A stretch of 64,000 nt of DNA from Parachlamydiales bacterium (GCA_041661445.1 JBAZUK010000001.1:450027-514026); one strand, 5' to 3'. Counted from the stretch's first letter, positions 39,120-49,485 are shown. The notes: generated by a model not told the origin, from the letters alone. Numbers and translations are program-made.

Positions 39120-40409
39120 TCATGAAGGCTGGTTCAAAGATTTTCTGCAGATGGCTGCTTCAAATACTTTGGGCAGGTCATTTAAATCTTGTGCTGGAAT
39201 TTTACTAGAAGCAATTGTTTTTAGTTTGGCTATGCTAAGTACTTCAAAAGCACTTAAACTTAAATAATGCTTATCTATCTTTTTGAAGGGAGTGAAATTA
39301 TATACCAGTTTAAACCTGTAATCATTTAATAAAGCTTCTTTATAATTTTTGTAATAGATGATCTCATCGCAGTCGATCAAGGAGTGATTTTCAAATTCCT
39401 TTGGACATAAGATAGATATAAAATCTCTTGAATAAATTGTTTTTAAGACAGAAAGGTGTTTAATGATTTTCTCAAATTCATTTTTTTCCTTTGGCAAAAT
39501 AATACAGATACAGTCATGTCTGAATCTCTTATATAAAATTTTTGGTGTCTGTTGTTTCCAGCGGTTGTGCTGCCACAGCCATTCTGAGGGTCTTTGCTTT
39601 ATGCTTTTCTGCAGCAAAGTCAATATTTCATTCATTAGTCTTTTTACTTCTACATCCGGGCTTTCATTCATATTTGGGTAGATTGGATCTGAATAATGGA
39701 TTATATACTTTCCTCTTTCTCTTCTGGTGGTAGCAAAAATTATTGGGGAATTGGTCTTATAGGATAATAATGCAGGCGCAGTAGATGTCCAGGCCCTTCT
39801 TCCGAAAAAAGGGTGATAATAATTGCTCTCCGGCATTCCCTGATCGCCGACTATACCTAAGAAAGTTCCTTTTTTAAGATTTTTTAAACCTTCCCTTAAA
39901 GCGTTTTTAGGAGTTATTATCTTTCCTCCGAATTTTTCTCTAATCTGAATAACCCACTTATATAAAAATTTATTTTTTATTGGTCTTCCAATTGCAATTC
40001 CCTGCATTCTCGAAGTTCCGTCTAAAAATAATACTTCCCAATTGGATTGATGGGCGCAAAAAAATATGATTCCTTTTTTTTGATTGTAGATTTCTTCAGC
40101 AACTTTGGGATTTTCGCACTCAATGATTTTACTAAGATTTTTTTTTGCATATAATTTAGGATATTCTAGAATGTTTATTGCCAAGTTCTGAAAAGAACCG
40201 ATAGCAATTTTTTTTATTTCCTTATTAGTTAATTTAAGATCGGTTGCCAATGCTAAATTGCTAAGAGTTTTTTTTCTGTAATTTTGCATTGTATAATAAG
40301 CCAGAAATCCAATTATTTTTCCAATTTTATGGATCGCATTAAAAGACAAGAATATCAGAGGAAGTGTCAGAATTCTTATAAGATAATATTCAAGTCTTTG
40401 TTTTAACAT
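39120..40409 (-). CDS. htrB: Lipid A biosynthesis late acyltransferase (LpxL/HtrB family) with a ~130-aa C-terminal extension
   Basis: N-terminal TM segment, acyltransferase motif FFCAHQSNWEVL (HX4E), GIVGDQG and FFGRRAWTSTAPALLS. Confidence 0.8.
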   Translation of the reverse strand: MLKQRLEYYLIRILTLPLIFLSFNAIHKIGKIIGFLAYYTMQNYRKKTLSNLALATDLKLTNKEIKKIAIGSFQNLAINILEYPKLYAKKNLSKIIECENPKVAEEIYNQKKGIIFFCAHQSNWEVLFLDGTSRMQGIAIGRPIKNKFLYKWVIQIREKFGGKIITPKNALREGLKNLKKGTFLGIVGDQGMPESNYYHPFFGRRAWTSTAPALLSYKTNSPIIFATTRRERGKYIIHYSDPIYPNMNESPDVEVKRLMNEILTLLQKSIKQRPSEWLWQHNRWKQQTPKILYKRFRHDCICIILPKEKNEFEKIIKHLSVLKTIYSRDFISILCPKEFENHSLIDCDEIIYYKNYKEALLNDYRFKLVYNFTPFKKIDKHYLSLSAFEVLSIAKLKTIASSKIPAQDLNDLPKVFEAAICRKSLNQPS

Positions 40410-40412
40410 TTT

Positions 40413-41543
40413 TTAAACACTGATTGTTTGTATTAACTTATCGATTTGTTTTTCAATAGTTAAATCTTTTATGCTATCACGGATCTTTATAGCCCGATCC
40501 TTGCTTTTTTTAGTTTTCATAGCATTTTTTAGTTCATTACTAAAGATAGCCAGATTCATTATATCTGTGACTTTTCCATTTTGAGCATTTAAGATTTCTT
40601 TTGCACCATTAAATTCAGATGTAATAACAAAAACGCCCATCGCCAGAGCTTCAATTGCAACATTCGAGAAAGGATCGTAAAACGAAGGGAGAACTAAAGC
40701 GTCTGCTATCTGATAAAAATCGCGAACAGAATCCTGTTTGCCAAAAAAACTTACTTGTTTTTCAAGGCCCAGGGATTTTGACAATCTTTTATATTTAACT
40801 ATTTTTTTGTCTTTTCCGATCACACTTAGGTGAAATTTTTCATTTTTTAATAAAGATAAGGCATTTAAAAGAGGGATCAATCCCTTTCTTTTATAATCGT
40901 TGCCGATAAAAAGAAAATGAAAGTTATCAGGGTTTAAGTGGTGTTTTTCTAAAAGAAGCGGTTTTTTTACATCCCATATGTCAAAGTCAGCTTTCAATTC
41001 ATCAAACTCGACTCCGTTGTGAATAACTTCGATTTTACTATCCAGAATCTTGTAGTTATTGATTAATTCATCCTTGACCATATAGGAATTAACAATAATT
41101 TTTTTCAGATTTTTTTGATGGAAGCCGGATTTTTCGATGCTTAGATTTATTGCATTGCCGGGATTGAATCTGTTCATAAACAATTTAAATTTGCTTTCGA
41201 AGAATTTTTTTTGCTTTAGAAAAGTTAAATGCAGGCCTATTCCTAATCGAATGTGAGTATAATTTGAGCTTCTGTCAAAAGACAAAATAATTTTAGGATT
41301 ATTTTTCTTTATCCATTTTTTACATAACAGATCAAAAATTTTTAGTTTCAGAAAGTTAAATATTTTGTGATTTTTTAAAATAACAACCTTAAGATCATGG
41401 TTTTTAAAATCGTCAGATATTTTTGTAGTTAAAATCGTTATTTTGAAGCCTTTATCAATGAGCGATTTTATTATGAAAAAAGAATGCTTTTCAAGCCCGC
41501 CGAATTTTGTAATATGAAACTTTGTTAAAACTATTTCAGTCAT
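40413..41543 (-). CDS. GT-B fold glycosyltransferase (family 1 Pfam / GT4-like)
   Basis: 376 aa. C-terminal EX7E-type motif PSFYDPFSNVAIEALAMGVFVITSEFNGAKE. Confidence 0.8.
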   Translation of the reverse strand: MTEIVLTKFHITKFGGLEKHSFFIIKSLIDKGFKITILTTKISDDFKNHDLKVVILKNHKIFNFLKLKIFDLLCKKWIKKNNPKIILSFDRSSNYTHIRLGIGLHLTFLKQKKFFESKFKLFMNRFNPGNAINLSIEKSGFHQKNLKKIIVNSYMVKDELINNYKILDSKIEVIHNGVEFDELKADFDIWDVKKPLLLEKHHLNPDNFHFLFIGNDYKRKGLIPLLNALSLLKNEKFHLSVIGKDKKIVKYKRLSKSLGLEKQVSFFGKQDSVRDFYQIADALVLPSFYDPFSNVAIEALAMGVFVITSEFNGAKEILNAQNGKVTDIMNLAIFSNELKNAMKTKKSKDRAIKIRDSIKDLTIEKQIDKLIQTISV

Positions 41544-42799
41544 TAGTAGGGAACTATAACTACCTGGTTGTTCTCAAGAGTTATTTTTAAGTATAAGGGT
41601 TGATTAGGAGATTGCCATAACCTGAATTTTTTCATGTAATTTCTCCATCTATAGCTTATATATTCTTCCGGCATCAAATAATCGAACTCGGGCTGCCCGG
41701 AATCATTTTCTTCAGATAGGATTTTTTTAATAAATGATTTTTCTAACTGATTGGGCACAACGGCTTGGGTGTGCCATTTTAAGAAATCTCTTTCTTCTTT
41801 GCTTTCTACGAGAATAACAATATGAATTCTATCTTTTATTGAATCCATGAATGCCTGACTTCCGCCTAATCCATATAATGGAATGTTGATCATATACAGA
41901 CCATTAACTTTTTTTATAAATTCGTTGGTCGCGATTGTTATCGTTTTGGGGTTCAGTTTGTCCAGGGTTCTTGGAGGGAAAAATAGTTCTACAGGTATTG
42001 AATAGTTAATCGGAATGAAATCTTTTTTGATAAAATCAATTCGAAGCGTTTTGGCATTTGGATCATCTATCTCCAATAATGACGAAGAGAGCTTTGGAAT
42101 GGAAATTTTTTTCCAGGAATTAGGAACATAATAAGTAACTACATCTCTAGTTCCTCTTTTTTTAATAGAATCAATAGCATCAAGTTCTTTTTCGGAAATG
42201 TTGCTTAGATTAAATGTAAGTTTTAAGCCTCTTAATTTTAATTCTTTAACAATTTCTTCCGGTCCGCTAACGGTTATATACAATTTATATGGCCAGATAT
42301 CTACATATTGATAACTTTTTGGAGAATCTCCGATTGGTTCTGAAATTAATACAGGTATTTTTTCTTTCATTAACTTTGAGATGTTAATAATCAGTTTTTG
42401 AGATTCAAGCTTTTTAATGGACCTTTCAATATTTAAATTAGGATTTTTTGAAAAGAGATTGTCTTTTGTTACTACAATCTCAAACATCCCATCATTGGCA
42501 TCTTTAAGATCTATAACAATTTCAAGGTCCTTATTTGTGATCTTATCAATGACATTATTAATTCCGCTGATCGTCAAATCTAAGGTCTCTTCCAAAGTTC
42601 CGTCGCTTTGAATTCCTTTAATGGTTTTTTCAAAAGGTAAGTTTATAACCCTGATAGGTACATGTGAAATTGTTCTGGTTGTTGATAATGAGTTATAAAC
42701 AAAAAACCATATAATAAAAGCTAAAATTGTCGAGAGTAATTTTCTCTGCCAGTTCTCTACAAATATTTTTCTTAACAAACTTATCATTTTTTTAACCAA
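41543..42799 (-). CDS. ybbR: YbbR-domain protein (CdaR-like regulator of diadenylate cyclase)
   Basis: N-terminal TM segment followed by repeated beta-rich modules (VPIRVINLP..., LYITVSGPEEIV...). It overlaps the upstream diadenylate cyclase gene, as in the dacA-ybbR operon. Confidence 0.7.
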   Translation of the reverse strand: MVKKMISLLRKIFVENWQRKLLSTILAFIIWFFVYNSLSTTRTISHVPIRVINLPFEKTIKGIQSDGTLEETLDLTISGINNVIDKITNKDLEIVIDLKDANDGMFEIVVTKDNLFSKNPNLNIERSIKKLESQKLIINISKLMKEKIPVLISEPIGDSPKSYQYVDIWPYKLYITVSGPEEIVKELKLRGLKLTFNLSNISEKELDAIDSIKKRGTRDVVTYYVPNSWKKISIPKLSSSLLEIDDPNAKTLRIDFIKKDFIPINYSIPVELFFPPRTLDKLNPKTITIATNEFIKKVNGLYMINIPLYGLGGSQAFMDSIKDRIHIVILVESKEERDFLKWHTQAVVPNQLEKSFIKKILSEENDSGQPEFDYLMPEEYISYRWRNYMKKFRLWQSPNQPLYLKITLENNQVVIVPY

Positions 42800-43584
42800 T
42801 CGCGAAAATTATATTTTTTTTGAAATGGTATCTTATTTGGAGGATTAAAAATACTTCTTATAATTCCCTTAAATCGATCAATTTTTATCCCGCCAGTCAT
42901 GATTCCATCCCTTGCAATCGAAACTCTGCCTGTCTCTTCCGATACTACAATTACAAGCGCATCCGTTTGATTAGAAAGGCCGAGAGAAGCTCTATGTCTT
43001 GTCCCCATGGATTTTGTCAGCTGCTGGGTCATATCTTCTATTAAAGGTAGAATGCAGGCAGCGGACAGAATGGTTTTTTCCCTTATTATTACCGCTCCGT
43101 CATGCAATGGTGTTGTTGTTGCAAATATTGTTTCTAACAGTTCAGATGAAAAAACGGCATTTAATCTAACACCTTTTTGAGCGTAATCTTCTAGAGAATC
43201 TTCATTTTCCAGTGCAATCAAAGCTCCAATTCTTTTTTCGGCCAAACGAAAGGTAGAGTTTGCAAGATGGTCTAAAAACTTATCTAATTCGGTAATTTCT
43301 TTAAAATTTTTTCCTTTTAAACTTAATCTTGATAGAGCAACCCTAAGCTCGGGCTGAAAAATAACCAAAAAGGCGAAAACAGCGATACTGCCAAGCTGTA
43401 TCATTATTTTATGAATAACTGGAAGATTCAGATAAGTGATAATCACAAAAACAAAAATGAAAGCCAAGACCCCCCAAACCAGGTCCATTGACTTTGTATT
43501 CCAAAAGAAAGAAAGCAAATAATTTAAAGAAATTGCAATAATTAATATTTCAAAAATATGAGTTGTGAAAAATAAATAGCTCAT
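42784..43584 (-). CDS. dacA: Diadenylate cyclase (c-di-AMP synthase), membrane-anchored
   Basis: Three N-terminal TM helices. DAC-domain motifs TPLHDGAVII (DGA) and GTRHRASLGLS (RHR). Confidence 0.9.
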   Translation of the reverse strand: MSYLFFTTHIFEILIIAISLNYLLSFFWNTKSMDLVWGVLAFIFVFVIITYLNLPVIHKIMIQLGSIAVFAFLVIFQPELRVALSRLSLKGKNFKEITELDKFLDHLANSTFRLAEKRIGALIALENEDSLEDYAQKGVRLNAVFSSELLETIFATTTPLHDGAVIIREKTILSAACILPLIEDMTQQLTKSMGTRHRASLGLSNQTDALVIVVSEETGRVSIARDGIMTGGIKIDRFKGIIRSIFNPPNKIPFQKKYNFRDWLKK

Positions 43585-43660
43585 AATTATCTGTTGAGTA
43601 CCTAGCTTTTACAAAAAATAATGCCAAAAATATAATATAAGATCAAATATAATCAACAAA

Positions 43661-44257
43661 TTATTTTTTATTCAAAAAAGGAAAACCAACAACACTTTTA
43701 TAGCATAAAATTAAATGTTTAACGCCATTCATAGCCCTGTGGGGCGAAGCTTCTTTTGGTAAGTTTTGGGTTAAGGCAATTTTGTCTTTTGAGAAACCTG
43801 TTTCCCAAGGAAAAAACTCATGATTATTTGCTGCTTTTTTTAAAGACAGGGCCCAGTACATTGACGAAAAGTCAAGCCAGTGATAAGGCCAATTTAATAA
43901 GTCCTGCATGTCGGAATCGATCAGTTGAGAAAAAAAACATCTGTCAAAAGAAGGATTCTGGCAAATGAACACAGAATTGTCCTTTTGTATATTGTTTTTT
44001 TTATAGGAATGAATAATTTCTGCGGCAACAACTTTTTCTTCTTTTCCTCTTTTCACTTCTTCATAAGTGAATCCGTTTACTTCCAGGCTTTTTAAATTAC
44101 TCATTTCCCAAACAGATTCCGGCTGGGCTACAATTGTGCTGTAACTATCCAGTTCATCACCTGATAACAAATCGATTATTTTATATGCTATTTCTATGAT
44201 TCTGTTATGTTTGGAATTAAGACCGTTGGTTTCTGTATCTAAAAAAATACCTAACAT
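43661..44257 (-). CDS. DEDDh-type 3'-5' exonuclease (oligoribonuclease/DnaQ-like fold)
   Basis: Exo I LGIFLDTETNGL, Exo II ICQNPSFDRCFF, Exo III-like HRAMNGVKH. Confidence 0.65.
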   Translation of the reverse strand: MLGIFLDTETNGLNSKHNRIIEIAYKIIDLLSGDELDSYSTIVAQPESVWEMSNLKSLEVNGFTYEEVKRGKEEKVVAAEIIHSYKKNNIQKDNSVFICQNPSFDRCFFSQLIDSDMQDLLNWPYHWLDFSSMYWALSLKKAANNHEFFPWETGFSKDKIALTQNLPKEASPHRAMNGVKHLILCYKSVVGFPFLNKK

Positions 44258-44437
44258 ATTTTTTACCTTGTAAATATATTTTTAAAATTTATAGGTATTA
44301 ATATTCAACTAAAAATTAGATTTTGCGCAACCAGCCGTTTTTTTTATAGCAAGAACCAACTTTATTAAAAATAGTAAATTTTTTTTTATAAAGATTTTTT
44401 GTATGATCTTTGATATATTTGTAAAAAAGGTTAAAAA

Positions 44438-44854
44438 ATGAGCATAGCTAGGCAAAAGTTTAGAGAAATTGTTTTGCAGATTCTTTATTCAACTATTTTT
44501 TCTCCTGAAGATGATGGTATTGTTGATTTGATGATGGAGCAAATCAAAACTTCAAAAAAAAATATTTTATCAGCTATTGATTATGTGAAAAAAATACAGG
44601 CAAATCTAGACCTGCTTGATACGGATATAAAAAATGCTGCAAATTCTTATGAGATCGATCGAATTTCCAAAGTTGAGCTTTGCATTTTACGCTTGGGATT
44701 ATATGAAATGATCTATGATGAGAGCATCCCCCCCAAAGTAGCGATTTCCGAAGCGATCAGATTAACTAAAAAATTTGCTAATTATCATAGTGTTAGTTTT
44801 GTCAATGCAATTTTAGATTCTGTCTATAAAAAAAATGAACTTGCTAAAAAATAG
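44438..44854 (+). CDS. nusB: Transcription antitermination factor NusB
   Basis: 138 aa. REIVLQILY, VELCILRLGLYEM and AISEAIRLTKKF. Confidence 0.85.
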   Translation: MSIARQKFREIVLQILYSTIFSPEDDGIVDLMMEQIKTSKKNILSAIDYVKKIQANLDLLDTDIKNAANSYEIDRISKVELCILRLGLYEMIYDESIPPKVAISEAIRLTKKFANYHSVSFVNAILDSVYKKNELAKK

Positions 44855-45686
44855 AACATTAAAAGAATTAACGACTTTCAAGATCGGCGGTTGCGCAAAA
44901 TATTTTTTTGCTCCGCAGACTTTTGATGAAATGAAAGAAGCCTTAAAATTTGCCAATGAGAGTAATTTAAAGTTTTTTATCCTGGGAAAGGGATCCAATA
45001 TTCTGTTTGACGATGACGGTTTTAATGGAATAGTGATTCAAAATAATATCAGTTTTTTTAAAATTTCTAAAAATAATGTTTTTGTCGGTGGCGGTTACAG
45101 CTTTCCAAATTTAGGTCTAAAAACAGCTTCCTTGAATTTATCAGGTCTTGAGTTCGCTTTGGGCATTCCAGGTTCTGTCGGCGGGGCAGTTTATATGAAT
45201 GCATCATCATTTGATCGATCAGTTTCTGATGTTTTAAAAAAAGTTGTGGTTTTAGACGAGTTTGGAAAGGTTCAGGTAATCGATAAAAAAAACATTGAGT
45301 TCGCATATCGTTTTTCAAGTTTTCAAAAAACCCGATCAGTTATATTAAGCGCCCAATTTGAACTACAAAATGATAACAATGTAAAAGAAAAGCAATCAGA
45401 AATGCTGCAAAAAAAAATAAGAACGCAACCCATGAATGAAAAAAATGCGGGCTGTGTTTTTAAAAACCCAAAGGGATATTCTGCAGGCAGACTGATAGAA
45501 GAGTGCGGATTAAAAAATTATTCGGTAGGCGGAGCTCGGGTTTCTTCGCTTCATGCAAACTTTATTATAAATGCAAATAATGCAACAGCTCAAGATGTTA
45601 TTAAATTAATATCTGATATAAAAGGTGTTGTTAAAAAAGAAAAGAACATTTTATTGGAAGAAGAGATAAAAATTATAAAATGCTGA
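44835..45686 (+). CDS. murB: UDP-N-acetylenolpyruvoylglucosamine reductase
   Basis: TFKIGGCAKYFF and ILGKGSNILFDD (FAD-binding), GIPGSVGGAVYMNA, AGCVFKNP and GGARVSSLHANFIIN. Confidence 0.9.
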   Translation: MNLLKNRTLKELTTFKIGGCAKYFFAPQTFDEMKEALKFANESNLKFFILGKGSNILFDDDGFNGIVIQNNISFFKISKNNVFVGGGYSFPNLGLKTASLNLSGLEFALGIPGSVGGAVYMNASSFDRSVSDVLKKVVVLDEFGKVQVIDKKNIEFAYRFSSFQKTRSVILSAQFELQNDNNVKEKQSEMLQKKIRTQPMNEKNAGCVFKNPKGYSAGRLIEECGLKNYSVGGARVSSLHANFIINANNATAQDVIKLISDIKGVVKKEKNILLEEEIKIIKC

Positions 45687-46519
45687 CAAACGAATTTAAA
45701 GCAGATTTGCATATACATAGTTATTTTTCAGACGGAACTTGTTCGCCTGAGGAAATTTTGTTTTTAGCGAAAGAAAAAAATATCTCGGTAGTTTCTATTA
45801 CAGATCATGATACCATTGAAGAATATTCTTCAGAACTTTTCGAGCTTTCCAGAAAATTAAATATCAGATTAATCCCGGGTGTAGAAATTTCATCCGAGCT
45901 GTTTGATGCAAGTGTTGATATTTTAGGTTATGATTTTGATCTGGACTCTCCTAGTCTGAAACAATTTTTAAAGGAAGTGCAGGATAAAAGACGGCTTAGA
46001 AATATTGAAATTTTAAGAAAACTAAAAGAAAATAAAGTTGATATTTCCGAAAATGAACTTTATGAGTTTGCACACAGAAAGAAAATTTCAAACTCAACTG
46101 TCGGCCGGGCGCATATGGCTCAATTGATGGTTGAAAAGAAATATGTTAAAAATATTCAAGATGCCTTTGATAATTTACTTAAGGATGAAGGTCCTTGCTA
46201 TGTAAGTAAATTCAAGTTTCCTTCTCAAACGGTAATTGATGAAATCCATAAAGCAAATGGAAAAGCTTTTATCGCTCATCCCTGCATAATAAAAAGCAGC
46301 AAGGTCTTAAAAAAATTACTCACGTTGCCTTTTGACGGCCTGGAAGCTTTTTATGCCAGATTAACTCTTTCCCAGGTCAATATCTGGCTGAGGATTGCAG
46401 AAAACAAGAATTGGTTAGTCTCCGGCGGTTCAGATTTTCATGGTGACATAAAACCTTATATTACCCTTGGATGCTCTTGGATCGATGAGCAGAGATTTAA
46501 TAAACTTATTTCAAGGTAA
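45680..46519 (+). CDS. PHP-domain metal-dependent phosphoesterase (TrpH/YciV-like)
   Basis: ADLHIHSYFSDG, ITDHDT, AHP and GGSDFHG. Confidence 0.8.
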   Translation: MLTNEFKADLHIHSYFSDGTCSPEEILFLAKEKNISVVSITDHDTIEEYSSELFELSRKLNIRLIPGVEISSELFDASVDILGYDFDLDSPSLKQFLKEVQDKRRLRNIEILRKLKENKVDISENELYEFAHRKKISNSTVGRAHMAQLMVEKKYVKNIQDAFDNLLKDEGPCYVSKFKFPSQTVIDEIHKANGKAFIAHPCIIKSSKVLKKLLTLPFDGLEAFYARLTLSQVNIWLRIAENKNWLVSGGSDFHGDIKPYITLGCSWIDEQRFNKLISR

Positions 46520-46545
46520 ATCTATTAATTTTGAAATAGTAAAGT

Positions 46546-47742
46546 ATGAATGACGTCATTTTAAAAAAAATCTATTCATTGCTGCCTGATAACATTTGCA
46601 GCAGCACCCAAAAATTATCATTAGATAATATCCTGCAGATAAGTAAATATTTCGATAGCCCGCATGAAAAATTTAAAAGCATCCACGTAGCTGGGACAAA
46701 TGGAAAAGGATCAGTGACAACAAAAATTGCAAAAGCCCTAACTATTTCAGGATATAAAACCGCTTTATTTACTTCACCTCACATATCTTGTTATTCTGAA
46801 AGAATTGTAGTGGACGAAAAAAAAATATCTCTTGAAGAAGCTTATAGAATTTTAAAAGAAATTTCAGCCGTTCAAAAAAAACTAAATATTCACTTAAATT
46901 TTTTTGAGATAACCACTCTTTTATCTTTTATATATTTTGCAAATGAAAAAGTCGATTTTGCTGTTATAGAGGTAGGTCTTGGCGGAAGATATGACGCTAC
47001 AAATATAATTAAGCCGATCTTATCCATCATTACTTCTATCAGTTTGGACCATACCGGCCTGTTGGGTAACTCTTTAGACAGTATTGCTTTAGAAAAAGCC
47101 CAGATCATCAAATCCGGCATCCCTGTTGTTATTGGATCAAAAGCCAATTTGATGCCGATTGTTAAAAAGGCAAAAGAAGAAAAAAGCCCATTGTATATTG
47201 CAGAAAAGATCGATGGCTTTTTTGATGATCAGAACAATGAAATAGTAAAAATGTCACTAGATATAATAAATAAATTTTACAAAATTAAAGAAAATGCTGT
47301 GAAAATTGCTATTTTAACCCGGCCTGAGGCCAGGTTTCAAGTTTTTACAAGTTTATTGCCGGGTACAGTAATTTTTGATGCTGCGCATAATACTGACGGC
47401 TTTTGCGAGCTAAAAAAAGCGATAGATCAATTCTTTCCAGGGAGAAAAATAAGAGTTGTTCTAGGGTTTTCTAAAGATAAGGACATATATGGCTGTTTAA
47501 AAATTTTAATAACTTTTGCAAATTTTGTTCATATAATTAATGCAAAATATTTAAAATCCGCTCCTACATCAGTCATCAGCGATAATTTTCTTAAACTTAA
47601 TTTTAAGAATTTCAAGGAAGAAAAGGACATTCCATCATGCATAAACGATGCAAAAGATCTTGCAGTAATTAACAATGAGATCATTTTGGTCTGCGGCAGC
47701 TTTTATATTTTAGACTTGATCAAAAAAAGTTTTAAAATTTAA
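46546..47742 (+). CDS. folC: Dihydrofolate synthase / folylpolyglutamate synthase
   Basis: Mur-ligase P-loop HVAGTNGKGS, TSPHI, EVGLGGRYDATN and DAAHN. Confidence 0.85.
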   Translation: MNDVILKKIYSLLPDNICSSTQKLSLDNILQISKYFDSPHEKFKSIHVAGTNGKGSVTTKIAKALTISGYKTALFTSPHISCYSERIVVDEKKISLEEAYRILKEISAVQKKLNIHLNFFEITTLLSFIYFANEKVDFAVIEVGLGGRYDATNIIKPILSIITSISLDHTGLLGNSLDSIALEKAQIIKSGIPVVIGSKANLMPIVKKAKEEKSPLYIAEKIDGFFDDQNNEIVKMSLDIINKFYKIKENAVKIAILTRPEARFQVFTSLLPGTVIFDAAHNTDGFCELKKAIDQFFPGRKIRVVLGFSKDKDIYGCLKILITFANFVHIINAKYLKSAPTSVISDNFLKLNFKNFKEEKDIPSCINDAKDLAVINNEIILVCGSFYILDLIKKSFKI

Positions 47743-47762
47743 TTCTTACTATATAAATGATT

Positions 47763-48359
47763 TTAAAAAGAAATTTTTCTTTCAATCCAAAAAAATGACG
47801 GTGCTTTTTCTTTATTTAACCACTTGTGATAACAAACACTGTAAGATGTCCTGTCCAGCGAAACAAAAAAATCAATTAGCTCTTTTTCTTCTTCTGCACC
47901 TTCTTTATGGCCTGGATAGCTTATAATGCTGATAGCCCCATCTTCAGCGAGCAGCTGCATTGCAGATTTAATGCTGTTAAGTGTTGAATTTTTTTTGGTA
48001 GTAAGAGTTTTATCGCCTTTTGGGAGATATCCTAAATTATATATAAAAAGGTTGATTGGAGTTTTGATAAATTTTGAAAAATCTTCATGCGACTCATTAA
48101 GAAAAATAATTTTTTCTAAAAACTGCGGTTCAGTATTTTCTTTTAGCAGCACATAAGTGTTTTCGATTGCTTTTTTTTGTATGTCAAAACAGAACAGATG
48201 ACCATTTAACGGTTTGAGTAAAATATTTAATAAAACAAGAGAGTCATAACCATTGCCGCAGGTGGCGTCGACAGCTATATGATCTTTTTTCAAAAAATTT
48301 TTCCAATATTCATGAGAAATCTTGAGGTGAGGGGAGAACCTATATAAATTATTTTTCAT
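47763..48359 (-). CDS. Class I SAM-dependent methyltransferase (YtqB/MnmM-like putative RNA methylase)
   Basis: 198 aa. AVDATCGNGYDS motif I and FDIQKKAI. Confidence 0.65.
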   Translation of the reverse strand: MKNNLYRFSPHLKISHEYWKNFLKKDHIAVDATCGNGYDSLVLLNILLKPLNGHLFCFDIQKKAIENTYVLLKENTEPQFLEKIIFLNESHEDFSKFIKTPINLFIYNLGYLPKGDKTLTTKKNSTLNSIKSAMQLLAEDGAISIISYPGHKEGAEEEKELIDFFVSLDRTSYSVCYHKWLNKEKAPSFFWIERKISF

Positions 48360-48504
48360 AAAAATTAAACTTTTTAAAGAATTCTACCATAGAATAAAAT
48401 TTTAAAAATTATATTTTTGTTAAATAAATTTGTTTAGGCTTAGATAAAAATTATTTTTGTTGAAGACAAATAATTTCTTTTAATAAACTTTACCATTATA
48501 AAGC

Positions 48505-48578
48505 GGGATATTAGCTCAGTTGGTTAGAGCGCCACGTTGACATCGTGGAGGTCAGCTGTTCGAGTCAGCTATATCCCA
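48505..48578 (+). tRNA. tRNA-Val (anticodon GAC)
   Basis: Hand-folded cloverleaf. Acceptor stem GGGATAT/ATATCCC, D arm GCTC-AGTTGGTTA-GAGC, anticodon arm CCACG-TTGACAT-CGTGG, T arm AGCTG-TTCGAGT-CAGCT, discriminator A. CCA is not encoded. Confidence 0.9.
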
Positions 48579-48744
48579 GTTGAAGGATATAAATATAATT
48601 TTTTATAAGCGTTTTTTTAGAAGATAAAATCTTATCTTTTAAAGAATTATTGAATTATTTATACTAAAATGCTTTGCAAAACATATGATTGATTGATATA
48701 TTTTTTGCATAGAATATATATAAAATTTTAACTTAGGGTTTTGT

Positions 48745-49251
48745 TTGAGGATTAATAGACAGATACGAGCAGCTAAAATAAGGGTTATTTCTAGCGAAGG
48801 GACGCAGTTAGGCATAATGCTTCTTAAAGATGCATTGACTCTTGCTGAAGAAGAAGGTTTGGATTTAGTGGAAATTGCTGCAAATGCCGAGCCTCCGGTT
48901 TGTAAGATAATTGATTTTAATAAATTCAGATATCAGCAGGTGAAAAAGGAAAAAGAGAGTAAAAAAGCGCAGCACCAGGTGAAAGTTAAAGAAGTAAAAT
49001 TTAAACCGAACATTGATGAACACGATTTTTTAACAAAAGAAAAGCATTCGAAAGAGTTTTTGGAAAAAGGATTTAAAGTAAAAATAACATGTGTTTTTAG
49101 GGGCAGAGAACTGCTTCATACCGAATTAGGAGAGAAAGTAGTTCAAAGACTGATTGAGGATTTAAAAGATATTTCAATAGTAGAAACCCCTTCAAAATTA
49201 TTTGGAAAAAGTATATCAACTGTTTTAGCTCCGGTGAGCAAAAAACGATAA
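48745..49251 (+). CDS. infC: Translation initiation factor IF-3
   Basis: [14 protein letters not shown]..., [23 protein letters not shown]. Non-AUG (TTG) start preceded by tAGGG. Confidence 0.93.
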   Translation: MRINRQIRAAKIRVISSEGTQLGIMLLKDALTLAEEEGLDLVEIAANAEPPVCKIIDFNKFRYQQVKKEKESKKAQHQVKVKEVKFKPNIDEHDFLTKEKHSKEFLEKGFKVKITCVFRGRELLHTELGEKVVQRLIEDLKDISIVETPSKLFGKSISTVLAPVSKKR

Positions 49252-49261
49252 GGAGAGAAAA

Positions 49262-49459
49262 GTGACAAAGATCAAAACAAAAAAAAGCGTGGTAGCACGT
49301 TTTAAAAAGACAGGAACTGGAAAGTTGAAAAGAACCCGTCCAGGCAGAAGACATTTGCTTGCAAAAAAATCATCAAAGAGAAAAAGAAAATTAAGATCAC
49401 AGGCTTTGGTTGATAAAGGACAATTAAAAACTTATTCAAGATTGATGGGACTTATTTAA
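49262..49459 (+). CDS. rpmI: 50S ribosomal protein L35
   Basis: 65 aa, GTG start after AAGGAG. KIKTKKSVVARFKKTGTGKLKR. Confidence 0.93.
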   Translation: MTKIKTKKSVVARFKKTGTGKLKRTRPGRRHLLAKKSSKRKRKLRSQALVDKGQLKTYSRLMGLI

Positions 49460-49485
49460 AAATTTAATAAATTGGAGATAATACA

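Noticed and set aside
49097-49354. An 85-aa minus-strand ORF overlapping the infC 3' end and the rpmI 5' end.
   Set aside because: It is antisense to two highly conserved translation genes and has no motif. I treat it as a shadow ORF.
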